Source: Octopus sinensis
Taxonomy: Eukaryota
NCBI RefSeq assembly: GCF_006345805.1
Contig: NC_043000.1
Location: 96,782,001 to 96,846,000, forward strand
Length of the DNA stretch: 64,000 nucleotides
Direction: 5' to 3'
Shown here: positions 12,390 through 25,784 of the stretch, one piece after another
How positions within the stretch are numbered: the first letter of the stretch is position 1
Layout: every line of letters starts with the position of its first letter
The notes under the pieces: model-generated
The model's input: the letters and a program-made list of their open reading frames with translations, nothing else
Databases searched by the model: none
What the model was told of the DNA's origin: nothing
Program-made: the position numbers and the translations under genes

Positions 12390-12720
12390 TATGGCACTCC
12401 GTCGGTTGCGACGACGAGTGTTCCAGTTGATTCGATCAACCGAACAGCCTACTAGTGGGATCATCGTCCAAGTGGTTGAGTATTCCACAGATACGCGTGC
12501 CCTTAACGTAGTTCTCAGGGAGTTTCAGCGTGACACAGAATATGTGCTTTATATGCACTGTCTGACAAGTTGTGGTGCACCTGAGCACTGTATACAATAA
12601 TTTCATTATTATTTCATAACATGGCTGCTCCTTTGGATAATAGTTACAACTTATTTTTCCGCGAGAAATCGAACTCAGGACTTTACGATGAATACCCTAA
12701 CCGTTAAGCCACGCGCCTTC
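12390..12720 (-). mobile_element. tRNA-headed SINE sharing the family C tail
   Basis: Tail ggcactccgtcggttgcgacgacgag matches the reverse complement of 20915-20950; tRNA-like head at ~12655-12720. Confidence 0.6.
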
Positions 12721-13779
12721 ATAGTATATCTTTACTGCATAAATACAGTAAAGATATGTACATCTATTTTTAATACGCTCTTGTACACTAGAACGGGAAA
12801 GACATTCTCTAAGGGATTTTGTCTCGAAGGAAATTTTTTTCAATAGACTTCGCGATTAAAAACAAACTGAACCGAGCTCCACATGTTGTCACTTAGAGAT
12901 ACAGTATTGGCTAATAGTATTTTTAGATACAATATTTGCCAATAGTATTTTTCTTTTGAATTTCAACTTTATTGTCCCTTTGTGTTTTGTGTTATTATTT
13001 TGTTTATCTGTTTTTGATTTGCTTTTTTTTCTTTCAAATACTGTGTCGTGTATGTGCATTCTGTTTAACTTATGCACATATCTATGTGTAATGTAAAAAG
13101 CGAATAACTTGTTTCCAGCAACTCAATATCTAAGATTCTGCAGTTGGCGTACGTGATACATACGCCACCACAAGATTCCTATGAGATACAAGACCAGAAT
13201 CAGTCAGACTATTTTTGTTATCAAAATAAGGTTTCAACGAGTTTTCAAACACTCATGCTTTTTCTTTTTTTTGGTGGTGGTGGTGGTGGGGGAGGGCAAT
13301 TGAGGAGCAGACAGTATTGGTATTAAGACTGTCAGAGTTAGAACAACAGGTCATTCTAACAAGACATTTCACCTCCATGGCTAATGGCACAATACTGCTC
13401 CCAAATAAGATTATTCTTGAACGTAAAGCAATGTCAGAGAGAAATTCCTCTTTAATGTGATCGTTCATTTTCACTAAAATAGTTGGATTGGTGAAGAGCG
13501 TGTGATTCTATAGTTACAGAAAGTGCGACCGCAACCTCCAATGAGTTATCTTTGCAATGGTTGTAACCTTCTGATTTGGAACATATTCCGCAAGCATCTC
13601 TTCGATCGTACCAAAAAAAAAAAAAAAAAAACTAAAAAAGTGTAAAATAGTTACAGAATAGACGTCGCCGTAATGCCAGATCGGCTGATATCAGTAGTGG
13701 ATGTAGTTGAACTACCCTACAAGGTGCAAAGTGTGTGAACAATGGATATGATGAATATCATCGGAGGAGGTGGACAAAA

Positions 13780-14000
13780 TCAAGTAGCTGTAAGCTTGAA
13801 GAAACTTTCACATTTTCGCAACAAAGTTTGTCAAGACGTCACGGAATGCTCCTTGGGTAATAAATGAACATCGAATCTTTCAAGAAATGTTCCCTCTTTA
13901 ATGCACTTGACGGCAACGAAGATAACATTTTGTGGAAGCACGATGCTGATCAGGCATCAACATCAGTTTTTGATGACTATAATGATATCACACCTGATGA
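13780..14000 (+). pseudogene. pogo-family transposase C-terminal remnant
   Basis: ESFKKCSLFNALDGNEDNILW resembles the SFKKCGISNALDGSED motif at the C-terminus of pogo-like transposases. Confidence 0.5.
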
Positions 14001-15087
14001 CCTTATGATACAAGAGCAGACCGTTCGGTTTTACGATAGGATAACAATGATGAACTATTTCAATTAATTTTTTTTCTTTTTTTTCCCTTCGTGTGCGAAA
14101 TTCAATATGGTGTACATATATGTCTGCATATGATTACAGCGTATTTGAAAACTAATAAAAAATATCCTACTTAAATGAAGAAAAACAAATAATACATTTT
14201 ATTTAACAAAAACTATGTTTGTGTTCATTTATTCCCACAGTGTAAAGCATTAGAAAATACATTAATGAACAACGTCAGTTTCTTGGCCATGTGACAAAAA
14301 ATTTAGAACCATTCTCGATGATTAATGAACCATTTCCAAGCAGAAACCCCTCACATAATACGTAATATTCCAACAAATGTCCCCTTTGAAAACATTAACG
14401 TATCGAATAACAATGAAATTATTGATTTTACAATAACCATCACTGTGCTTTTCACAAAACATCAGCATGTAGTCCAGATCTGATGCAACAGTTCACAGGC
14501 CTTGATATTTTCTACTGATCGTGATTGTAAGAGGTTATGCATATGATACCTGAATCAGGAATGATTCCTCTTTCGTGCTTGTTGAAGTAGGGCGCGATCT
14601 TGCTAAAAATATTTCTTCACGCATCTTCAGCTCTTCTACCAAGGAAACTACATTTACTGATATATTTCAGTACTCTAATGATACGTTAGCATCTAGCAGA
14701 TTCTTTGACTCGACAATATATATATAAAAATGGCATTTCACAACCCCATAATAATAAGAAACATCATCTGGTTTAATCCTCCATGTAACCAACAAGTTTC
14801 TAATCGTTTAGCTAAAATATTCTTCAAACCGTTATAAATACACATTTCCCCATTAGTATAACAAAATTGTTATCAATAATTTATTAGAAATAGTGGATTG
14901 AATTTTAAAAACCATAAACAACAGTTGATAATTCATGTTTAAATAGTATAGTGATTTATTACTCTATATGATGTTAATTTCTGCTTTTTTGCTGAGTTTC
15001 ATTTTGCTTTATACTACTGCTCAACCATTTAGCAAACACTGCAGTCCCATTTCATTTTGCTGTTAATGGGAAGTATAAGGCTATCTA

Positions 15088-15895
15088 TTGGGTTCGCAAC
15101 TAAGTTCCCGCCGTTTTTAAATTTTGGAAGTTATTGCGTTTTTAAATTTTTCGAGAATTCTATTTTTGAATCACTTTGGAATCTATTTTTTTTTCTAGTG
15201 AATTTTAGTTAATTTTTGTATATTTTCAGATCATTAAAATGGACTGTCAAGTTAAGAAAAACGAGCATTTTCGACACCTTCTTTTTACTTTTAATCAAAG
15301 TTCTAAGGCTTCAAAAGTCGCTCGCGACATTTGTGCTGTGAATGGAGGGGGTGCCATAGCTGAAAGAACCGCTCGTGATTGGTATGCCAAGTTCAAAAAT
15401 GGAAATTTTGACCTCAAAGACGTACCTCGTTCTGGCCGTCCAGTTGAGTTCGATGAAGAACGATTAAACCAACTTTTGCACGAAAATTCTTGTCAAACGA
15501 CAAGGTAACTGGCAGAGAAAATGGAATGCTCCCACACTGCTATAGAGAAGCATCTTCATTCGATGGGAAAAGTTCAGAAGTATGGAGCATGGATCCCACA
15601 TGCTTTAAGTGACAACAAAAATCAACGAGCTGCAATCTCCGCTGGTTTGCTTGCTCGTCACCGCTCAACTCATGGACACAAGCAACGATTTCTTTACCGA
15701 ATCGTTACTGGCGACGGAAAATGGTGCCTGTACATCAAAATGAAGCAGCTTAAGGAACGGCTTAACCCCGGTAAACAAGCGACACCGCGCGTGAGACAAG
15801 GTGGATACATTATTGATTAATTAGTTTTTATTTTTTAATAAACCTTTTAAAAAATTTTAATTTCAAAAACGGCAGAAACTTAGTTGCCAACCCAA
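15088..15895 (+). mobile_element. Internally deleted mariner transposon
   Basis: TA-flanked TIRs ttgggttcgcaactaagtt / aacttagttgccaacccaa. ORF remnant 15239-~15800 with HTH region, WIPHAL and RIVTGDGKW; the rest of the catalytic domain is missing. Confidence 0.9.
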
Positions 15896-16177
15896 TATTT
15901 ACTGCTGTGATCGAAAAAAATAAGAAAAAAAAAATGGACAAAAAGTGCCATGCATTTAAGCTTGCAAATAATGGTTACAAAACAATGAAGTTGACTCAGC
16001 CTACCAGAGAAAATTTACGTTCATTAAGAGGAAGCCAACTGGGTTATCTCTATGCAATTACCTGACCTGCTATATATAGCAGCCAAAGACTGCTACCTAA
16101 TTCCTTCTGAGAAGCCCCCAACTTATGCACAACAGTCTTTAAAGAAGGCATTAAATTTATTTGGTTTTGGATGTTCA

Positions 16178-16286
16178 TTTCTTCTTCTTCTTCTTCTTCT
16201 TCTTCTTCTTCTTCTTCTTCTTCTTCTTCTTCTTCTTCTTCTTCTCTTCTTCTTCTTCTTCTTCTTCTTCTTCTTCTTCTTCTTCT

Positions 16287-16338
<52 letters not shown>

Positions 16339-16362
16339 CATTATTATCATTATTATTATTAT
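16178..16362. repeat. Compound (TTC)n(ATT)n microsatellite
   Basis: Seen directly; source of the spurious homopolymeric-peptide ORFs. Confidence 0.95.
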
Positions 16363-16363
16363 T

Positions 16364-16580
16364 AAGGCAGCGAGCTGACAGAATCGTTAGCTAGGCGAGC
16401 GAAATGCTTGGCAGTATTTCGCCCGTCGCTACGTTCTTAGTTGAAATTCCGCCGAGGTTGACTTTGCCTTCTATCATTTCGGAGTCGATAAATTAAGTGC
16501 CAGTTGTGTACTGAGGTAGATGTAATCGACTGGCCCTCTTCCCCGCAAATTTCAGGCCTTGTACCTATACTAGAAAGGAA
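16364..16580 (+). mobile_element. SINE family B
   Basis: aaggcagcgagctgacagaatcgttag head, with body matching the 11.1-11.7 kb and 29.4 kb copies. Confidence 0.75.
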
Positions 16581-16605
16581 TATTATTATTATTATTATTA
16601 TTATT

Positions 16606-18450
16606 CAGTAGTTTTATTTTAATTTTTATAGCGTGCTTTCACTTCACTACCGAGCGCAGCTCTGTGTGCCTTGGGTATGTGCTGTGATTTGTTGTGATGC
16701 TCTGATGGTTATTGTATGGAAAGTGTTCTGCGTAGGATGTGTGCAGTGCCTAGTAGTGCAATTTTCTGTATGTTATATGTGTTTGTAAGTCCTGGTGTTT
16801 TTGTTATGTATTTGTCTGAATATTTTTTTATCATGCCTAATGCACCTACTATGATAGGAATTGTTTCTGTTTTCAGATTCCACATTCTAGTTACCTCTAT
16901 TTCCAGGTCTTTGTATTTTGAGAGTTTCTCCATTTCTTTTAGAGACACGTTGTCATCAGCCGGTATTGATACATCAATTAGAAAGCATTTTTTTTCTTCA
17001 TGGTCTCTGACAACTATATCTGGTCTGTTGGCCTTAATTTCTCTATCTGTGTGTATCGGCATATCCCAGAGTATGGTTGCTTTCTCGTTTTCTGTGACCT
17101 TTTCTGGTGTGTGCCTATACCATCTTTTTTCTGTTGTTATTCCATAATGTTGGCATAGCTTCCAATGTATGTAAGTTCCAACTCTGTCATGTCTGTGAAT
17201 ATATTCCTTCTTAGCCAGGACTGGGCAGCTAGAGATAATATGATTTATTGTTTCTTGTCCATCTCCACATATTCTGCAGTTACTTGTAATATTTCTTTCA
17301 TTACATGTTTTTGGTAATTTCTGGTGGGGAGGCTTTGATCTTGTGCTGCAATTAAAAATCCCTCTGTTTCTGCTTTGAGTCCTGAGCTTCTCAACCATTG
17401 CTGGGATTTTTCTTTGTCTATTTCTTTTGCGTTTAGTTTAGTCCAGTATTTACCATGAAGGGGCTTTTCTTGCCATCGTTTTATCATGGTTCGTTGCTGT
17501 TCTATTTTTAGTTTGGATTTCATTTGTTTATAGCTTTTGTTGTTTCTTCATCTTCTTCTTCTTCTTCATGTTTATTAGGTGGTATGATTTCTTGTTTGTA
17601 TTTGTCAGCTTCCTTAAATACTGAGAACAGTTTTTTGTTTTGCTCGTGTTTTGTCGCTATCTGGATCAGTTTTCCTTCCTTCTGAAGTAGATATTTCTGC
17701 AGTCCTATGGTGGTTATTTTATAGTAGTTTTCCAGCTGTATAAGGCCTCTACCACCTTCTATACGTTGTATATATAGTCTTTCTATGTCAGATTTTGGGT
17801 GATGCATCCTAGATCCTGTCATTATTTTTCTTGTTTTCCTATCTATTTTGGTCAGTTCATTTCGTGTCCAGTTAAGGATATTGTAGCTGTAACTTATAAC
17901 TGGGACAGCTAAAGTGTGATACCTATTATCTTGTTTTTGGCATTGAGCTCTGTGTTTAGTATTGATCTAACTCGTCTATAATATTCTTTTTTTATTTTCT
18001 CTTTCATTTGTGTGTGTTGTGTCTTATCTAGTTCATGGATTCCTAAGTATTTGTAAGTTGGCTTTGGTCTAATTCTTTTATTTCATTGGTTTTATCTAGT
18101 GTGATGTGTTACTCTTAACTAGTTTTCCTCTTTTCATGGTTACTTTGGCGCATTTTTCTAATCCAAATTTCATATCTATTTCTTTGGTAAATCCATGAAC
18201 TGTCTTTAATAGTGTTTCCAGCTGTTTGTCATTTGCAGCGTATAGTTTTAGGTCATCCATATATAAAAGGTGGCTGATCGTTTTGCCGTAACATTTATAT
18301 CCGCATCCAGTTCTATTTAGCATATCAGATAGAGGTGACAGTGCCAAGCAGAAAAGGAGTGGAGAGAGCGTGTCTCCCTGGAATATTCCTCTTCTAATGG
18401 GGATGTCTTTGGTTTTCATGAGTCCCTCTTTTGTTTGGAGGTGTAGGACT
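16606..18450 (-). mobile_element. 5'-truncated R4/Dong-type RLE non-LTR retrotransposon, copy 1
   Basis: RT motifs IFQGDTLSPLLF and YMDD, zinc finger CRICGDGQETINHIISSC, RHD, and PD-(D/E)xK endonuclease NRPDIVV...IDVSIP...KY. Both ends lie in (TTA)n tracts; frameshifted. Confidence 0.9.
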
Positions 18451-18465
18451 ATTATTATTATTATT

Positions 18466-18907
18466 GAGTGAGAGAGCAGTTCATGCCATCAAAGTGACAC
18501 TGGGGTAAAATATACGAAGCCCAATATACCCATCATGACTACCCGTCTGATAAAGGCACACCAGGCACATGCATCACACCATATGTGCGCGACATGGTGA
18601 TCTCATATCAGATAAACAGCACATGACCTTGCAGGTGGGGCCCAGTTAGAATTTTCTTCAGTTGAGTAGCCCATCCCGCTCAAACGGTCCCTGAATAAGG
18701 GTTGTTTAAGGATGTTGAAAGAACCACCCATATTTCCAGAGGTGAATTATTCAAACCCCAAAGAATCCCTCTCAACACATGGCTATGATGCTCCCCCACT
18801 ACTTCTGCTCGTGATCAGAGATGCACATATCGTCAGCCACTAAGGGACATGCTCAACTGGTTAAGGTCAAACAACTGACAAGCAAATCTGTGGTATTGAG
18901 CAGAATA

Positions 18908-18908
<1 letters not shown>
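18466..18908 (+). repeat. ~440-bp interspersed element flanked by (TTA)n tracts (SINE or LINE 3' UTR)
   Basis: Non-simple sequence bounded on both sides by TTA repeats and ending in a long (TTA)n tail; no ORF. Confidence 0.5.
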
Positions 18909-18983
<75 letters not shown>

Positions 18984-19658
18984 TCCTTGTATTTATTCGT
19001 CTTCGCCTGCTACATCTTAGTATGTAGTATCAAGATCCTAGATGTAACTGGACACCAGTACTTCATTAACATCTCAGTTTATCGACTGCGTTGGGATTTT
19101 TAACTCAGACTATAAACGGTCGTAACGAAATATCGCATGATAAACAACAACGACAAGAGCAGCAGCGGCAGCAACAACAACAGCAACCACAACAATAGCA
19201 GAAACAACAACAACAACAACAGCAGCAGTAACAGCAGCAACAAAAACAACAGTAGCAGCAGGAACAATATCGGTAAATGTAACATATTTATTTTCTTCGA
19301 TAATCAACAAATGTCTTGTGATTAGAGTCCTGCTAAAATTTAACTGCTTTAGCTGGTCATTAATACGAGTTTGTCTAGAGCCGAAGCTTCAATTCAAATG
19401 TAAAAATGGCAAATAATTTTGCTCCTTCCTTATACTACTCTGGCATCTTGATCTGAGCGATAGATTTCATCAATCGTCTTTTACCAGACCGTTGGCAGTC
19501 TTTAGTAAAACTTACTCTAAGCCATCGGGAGCAGGTCTTCTTTGTATATGAGGATAACTCGACTCACTTTATCTGGGAAAGGACTACCAACCCATAAATA
19601 GTGGTTTCTTCCTAGTTTTCAGCACTGCTCTCGGTATGTGTGTGTGTGTGGTGTGTGT

Positions 19659-19708
<50 letters not shown>

Positions 19709-20171
19709 GTGTTGCGTGCGTGCATGTATGTATGTATGTATGTATGTATGTATGTATGTATGTATGTATGTATGTATGTATGTATGTTTGTATGTATGTA
19801 TGTATGTATGTGTGTATGTATGTGTGAATATATGTAAGTACGTACGTATGTATGTAGGTATTTAAGTCTCTTCTATTTTTTAATTATTATAAATCTTCCA
19901 CTGAGGTACAAGGTAAATCTTCCACAGAGATACAAGGCTCCATCTTTGGGATGTCGTTAACACAGACAAATTCTCGTATGTATGTATGTATGTATGTATG
20001 TATGTATGTATGTATGTATGTATGTATGTATGTATGTATGTATGTATGTATGTATGTATGCATGTATGTATTCATTTATGTATAGAAGTATATATACATA
20101 CATACACACACACACACACACATATGTATATATATATAAACACATACATCGATATACACACGCAAACACAG

Positions 20172-20214
<43 letters not shown>

Positions 20215-20215
<1 letters not shown>

Positions 20216-20430
20216 GAGGGGTGCTGAAAAGTTCCTGCTTTAAGAGTCTCGCGAAAGTCCTGGCTGGAGGCCCAGCCTTCTGAGTTCTTTTTACAGGACT
20301 TGGAAATACTGAAGGACTGCTGACATAAGTGTGTGAATCTGAGAAGGGAATATGTCGAATAAATTCATAGCTAACTTATTCTCCTGTATTTTCTTTTGCC
20401 CAAAGCCAGGAACTTTTCAGCAACCCCTCG
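20215..20430. mobile_element. mariner-type MITE (216 bp)
   Basis: TIRs gagggggtgctgaaaagttcctg / caggaacttttcagcaacccctc, flanked by TA. Confidence 0.8.
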
Positions 20431-20571
20431 TATATCTATACATATGTACGTGCATGTATGTATGTAGAATGTATATATGTATTATATATATACGTACACA
20501 TGCATATATGTATATTTAGGTACATACATACATACATACATACTTACATACATACGGTCATATTGCATACG

Positions 20572-20954
20572 TGGAGGCGCAATGGCCCAGTGGTTAGGGC
20601 AGCGGACTCGCGGTCATAGGATCGCGGTTTCGATTCCCAGACCGGGCGTTGTGAGTGTTTATTGAGCGAAAACACCTAAAGCTCCACGAGGCTCCGGCAG
20701 GGGATGGTGGTGATCCCTGCTGTACTCTTTCACCACAACTTTCTCTCACTCTTACTTCCTGTTTCTGTTGTACCTGTATTTCAAAGGGCCGGCCTTGTCA
20801 CTCTCTGTGTCACGCTGAATATCCCCGAGAACTACGTTAAGGGTACACGTGTCTGTGGAGTGCTCAGCCACTTACACGTTAATTTCACGAGCAGGCTGTT
20901 CCGTTGATTCGGATCAACCGGAACCCTCGTCGTTGTAACCGACGGAGTGCTTCC
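20572..20954 (+). mobile_element. SINE family C, full length
   Basis: tRNA-like head with A-box TGGCCCAGTGG and B-box GGTTTCGATTCC; tail aaccctcgtcgttgtaaccgacggagtgc. Confidence 0.85.
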
Positions 20955-21821
20955 ATACATATGTATCTTTTCTTTACGACCTTGCCACTGACCAGCAGCC
21001 AATAATAAATTCTAAAACTGCAATCAGAAGTGTCCTATACTAGATTTCAATAATTAAAATAATAGCAGGCATTGACTAGCATCATCTTCTCACTGAATAA
21101 TTATTTCTAATTAGCCTTTTAACTCATTACATTCAATATATTCACACTACCTTAACTATTATATACCATACGTAAAATGTAACCTCTAACTCATTCCAAT
21201 TTATTTAGTGATTCTTTTATGCTTATTTGTCAGCTACAGTTAAGACAAGGCTTCGCTGAAGAGCTGAAGAGATCTAATAAAACAAAAACACGTTCGGTGT
21301 TGTCTCCCGTACTCGCCGATATAAGTAGAGTAATATTTTTCATTGATTAACATTGTCTTTTCTGTGTTGCATAATTTTCCCTATGAAGTGGTTAATGATT
21401 GCTGCATAATTACGTATATTATACATCAATTTAAGTATTGTTTTCTTTCTCTCCCCCTCTCTTTTTCTCTGTCTCTTTCAGTCCCTATCACTTTCTCTCT
21501 CTCTTTCTCTGTCTTCCTCTCTCCTTGTGTCTCCCTCACGTCTGCCAGTCTCTGCATATATATATGTATATATGTATATATATATATGTACACACACACA
21601 CACACATTCTCTCTTTCTTCCCTCCCTCTCTCTCCCTCTATCACATACACACATACACACACACACATATATATGCATGTTATATATTCGATATGGAACC
21701 CAATTACCAACATTCTTCAGTGAAATCATTCGTAGCAACAGTTTTCCGCAAATAAAGAATATATTTATCCACCAATTTACCGAATGCAATGTTGGGCATC
21801 CATTCTCACTTTTCGCTACTA

Positions 21822-21890
<69 letters not shown>

Positions 21891-22013
21891 CCCACACACA
21901 CATTTGTATGTACGTACGCATATATTTAGGAGTTTTAACATGTGAATATACTTCAGTATACAGCTTTTATTAAATGTTGATGTATTTTTAATCATGTAAA
22001 ACAGACCAATGAC

Positions 22014-22101
<88 letters not shown>

Positions 22102-22723
22102 ATTGCATACATGAGCCTCTATACACAAACAAATGCACATAACTGGCGTAGAGCATCGTAATAAATTAACACAGATAATTATAAAATATTAATTAGATAA
22201 CTGTCCCAGCCTGCCTGATCCAGACTATTCCAGGTGTCGTTTTGTGAAGTGTCAAAGAAAAAGAAAAAGAGGAGCAGTAGCAGTATAATTCAGTTTGTCA
22301 TAGTAACACACAGTGCGCGCGCGTCCGTATCTGTGTGCATGTGTGTATCTGCGTGCATGTGTGTGTGTGTGTCTAAGTATAATTGTGTATCTATTTGAAG
22401 ATATTGATCTCCGTCAGATTATTGGTTCATGCTATTGTATGTTTAGCTGTCTACTTGTATGATGTTCTTATCAGGCTTCATGTACGCCCGCGCGAGCGTG
22501 TATGTGCGTATGTTTGTCTTAGCGAGTGGGTGTGCATATATTCATTCTGTCATTTTATTTCACAATGCATACATGTGCAGGTTGCCGTCCGCAGACACAA
22601 CACATTTACACATTCTATATACTTACATAGATATGTGTACATACATACATGTATATATGTATGCTTATATATATATACATATATACATATACACACACAT
22701 ATACACACATATATATATATATA

Positions 22724-22932
22724 AAGTTAATCCAAACAAGAAAACACAAAAAAACTCAACAACGCGAGGACGTGGAACAAATATAGTATTATTGGACGCT
22801 CAGGAAAGAAGGAAAGAAGGAGGGTTTAACGTTTCGAGCGGAGCTCTTCGTCGGAAACATAGGAGAAGGAAAGATCCAGAGAAGGGAAGACAGAGGGAAA
22901 AAATCGCCAACGGTACACACGAGGTCACAATG
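22724..22932 (-). repeat. Short repeat carrying a hammerhead-like core (22824-22858)
   Basis: Minus strand gttt-CCGACGA-A-GAGC(tcc)GCTC-GAAAC-GTT-aaac. A related sequence lies at ~46930-47080. Confidence 0.55.
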
Positions 22933-23056
22933 TATGTATATATATATATATATAATATATAATATATATATATAATATATATATATATATACACATATAC
23001 ATATATAATGTATTTGTATATATATTTATATATACATAAATGTATACCACACACAC

Positions 23057-23990
23057 ACATGACAGGAATAAATAGACACCCTTATATTTAAAATTTATTT
23101 AAATCTAAAATTATATATACAAATTATTTATTAATTGTTATAATGTGAATATTTGATATTTAGTAGACACGCCCTTTGCATTTTTTAATGCAAGGACCCT
23201 ATTGGGCATGTTAATGATTGGATGATGAATATTCTCTTGAAGAATTTCTTGCCAAGTTTCATGCAATAATCTCAAAAGATCTGGCTTTGAAGATGCTTTC
23301 TTGTTCTTTTTATGAAGTGCCCTGTCCATTTTGTTCCAGAAGTCTTCAATAGGGTTCATATCTGGTGACTGGTTTGGCCATGGAAGTTTTTTAATGCCAT
23401 TCTCATCCAACGAATCTTGGGTCGTTTTAGCCAGGTGAGAAGGAGCCCGTTTTCCATAAATAAAGAGTCTTCTTTAATCATTTCACCACTAGAGAGCTTT
23501 GGAAGGAGTCCTTTCTGCAATATGGACACAGGTTTATCTGAGTTTATGTTGACCTCACACTCCACCAGCTCTGATCAACCATTGCTACAAATTGTATCTC
23601 AGACCATCACAGAATTGCTGTTGTGTTTCATTGTTGGCTGCATTCTTTTCAAATCAAATTTTTGATCACAGAGTCTCCAGACCCACACTCGACCATTCTT
23701 AGGAAATACAGCAAATCTGGACTCATCAGAGAATATGACATTGTCCCAAAATATTATCGGCCTCTCCACCATCTCACTGGCCCAATCTTTTCTCTGCTTG
23801 ATGTTTGCTGGTCGAAAAAGTGGCTTCCTTCTTGCTGCTCTGCTATAGTAACCAGGTTTGTGGAGATACCCGACAGTTCTTCTGGGATTGACATCAACTA
23901 GTTCTGCTGTCAGAGGCCTTGCAACGAGCATTATCCGCCACACTTCTCTTAGCAAAGAGTAAGGTCCTGTCAGAGGGCCCTGATTGATCT
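23057..23990 (-). mobile_element. Tc1-family (DD34E) transposon remnant, 5'-truncated
   Basis: RRKPL, VIFSDESRF and WPNQSPDMNPIEDFW motifs across frameshifts. Confidence 0.85.
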
Positions 23991-24233
23991 GGGCGAGGTG
24001 ATGTGGACTTCTTCCCTTCTCTGATGAATTGCGCAGTCACTCTGTTAGCTGTAGATAGCGGAAAAAGTATTAGTCAAGTACTAAGGTCGATAGTATTGAC
24101 CAACCCTTCTCCACAAAACTATTGGTTTTGTACTTAAATCAGAAAAAAATTTATAAGCAGCCTCACTATATTCTCTCTTTTTCTATATATACCAATCACT
24201 TTTAAGTTTTTTCAACTGAGCAGAAAATCTTCG

Positions 24234-24264
24234 CTGAAGAGGTCTAATAACACCGAAACATGTC
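24234..24264 (+). ncRNA. Minimal hammerhead core, canonical boxes
   Basis: CTGAAGA-GGT(ctaataac)ACC-GAAAC-AT-GTC with palindromic helix III (ACATGT). Helix I is weak. A decayed paralog lies at 24671-24697. Confidence 0.5.
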
Positions 24265-24581
24265 TGTTGCTTTCACCAGGTGAATTGACTTTAAATTTAT
24301 GTCCATGTCGTTACTAGATTTTTGTATATTTTCCAGAATTTCAAATAATTCGTTTTATTTGAATTATCGTCCTTGCTAGTATACTTTTCTTTCATCAATT
24401 CTTGTAGAGAGCAGTTTTGTCTATTCATTGTTTAGATAACCAAAGCTAATAGAAGTTCTTCACCCTACTTTATTACAAGTGTGAGACCTGCCGCATGAAT
24501 GTTTAGGATGCAGAATGCATGCCAGCTACTGAGGTATTTCCTGCTGCGACTCTTTTGTTGGTTGTCAGCATCGCAACATTT

Positions 24582-24622
<41 letters not shown>

Positions 24623-24829
24623 ATCCTTTCATCATTTCTACGTTTAGCCAACTGACTAGAATATACTCCGCCGACGAGGTTATTAGTCGAAACATGCTGT
24701 TGCTCTCATCAGTTAATTTAAAGACCAGATCCATTCCCTTATTGTATTTTCTATATCTTCATTTGTTTGATTTTATTGGTTGCTTTTAATTGTTAAGCCC
24801 CTAGAATGACTTTTGTATAGTTATTGCAT

Positions 24830-25170
24830 GAATGATCTCAGTTAACAAGAGTTTTTCATCTCAGTACATTTCATATTTGAAATCCTAAGAAGAGAATGTA
24901 ATAGAAATCACTCTGCGGGGCTTTCAACACGATCTATGTACTCCAATGCAGATGTACAGTGTGTCTACCGAATGTACAGATGTTCTTATGAAGCTGGTGT
25001 GACCTTGTTTCGTTAAGAAGGTTTTCCCTCGGCTGATTGTCTTTACAAAGAAGGTAGAGACGTATATCAAGCGTAAACCTTCGTGATGTTGTCAGGCCTT
25101 AAAAGATTCTCCACCAAATGGACTGTGCAGTTTGAGAGACAACGAGCTTAACATTTTATAAAACAATACT
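24830..25170 (-). pseudogene. Possible degenerate hAT (ZMYM1/Tip100-like) transposase fragment
   Basis: KLVVSQTAQSIWWRIF resembles the NLVLSQ...RIFF segment following the CxxH motif of hAT transposases; many stops. Confidence 0.3.
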
Positions 25171-25784
25171 TCCTAAAAGTATTTTACTGACTTTCACGAA
25201 CAAAATTTTATTGAACTGCGACTAAATTTCGTTGCTTTTGGCAAAGTTAGTCTTATTTTCCATTGTGTATAATTTCATTTGTAATTAATTTTGTCACATG
25301 TGCAACAAAACATAAATTAACTAATTTCTTATCTGTTTATTATATTCAGCTTTTTGAACATCCTAAAAGTATGTGAAAAAACTAAGAGTAACAAAAAATA
25401 CTTACTAAAGTGAAAACATTATTAGAATTTTTATCTACGTAGTTTACATAAAGTAGAATTAGTATACAACAGTCTTAGAATTTAAAATTAGATTCTTAGA
25501 AGCAATGTTTTTATTTTTTTATTCTATATGTCTACCACAGATAAATGAATAGTCTAATTCTAGACTATCCTAACATGTTTTGAAAATCATCATCACCACC
25601 ACCACCACCACCACCACCACCACCACAACCATCATCATCATCATCATCGTCGTCATCACCATCATCATCATCATCATCATCATTATCATCATCATCATCG
25701 TCGTCGTCGTCATCATCATCATCATCATCGTCATAATCATTATTATTTTGATGAAAACTTTCGGCTTATTTTGCTGGGTATAAT

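Noticed and set aside
14400-14700. Weak helicase-motif resemblance (TISRKYQG) on the minus strand
   Set aside because: Too short and stop-ridden to support a call.
16052-16394. Poly-L/F/I/K/R/S ORFs
   Set aside because: Trinucleotide microsatellite artefacts.
20572-20645. tRNA gene
   Set aside because: A/B boxes are present but the cloverleaf is incomplete and continues into a SINE body.
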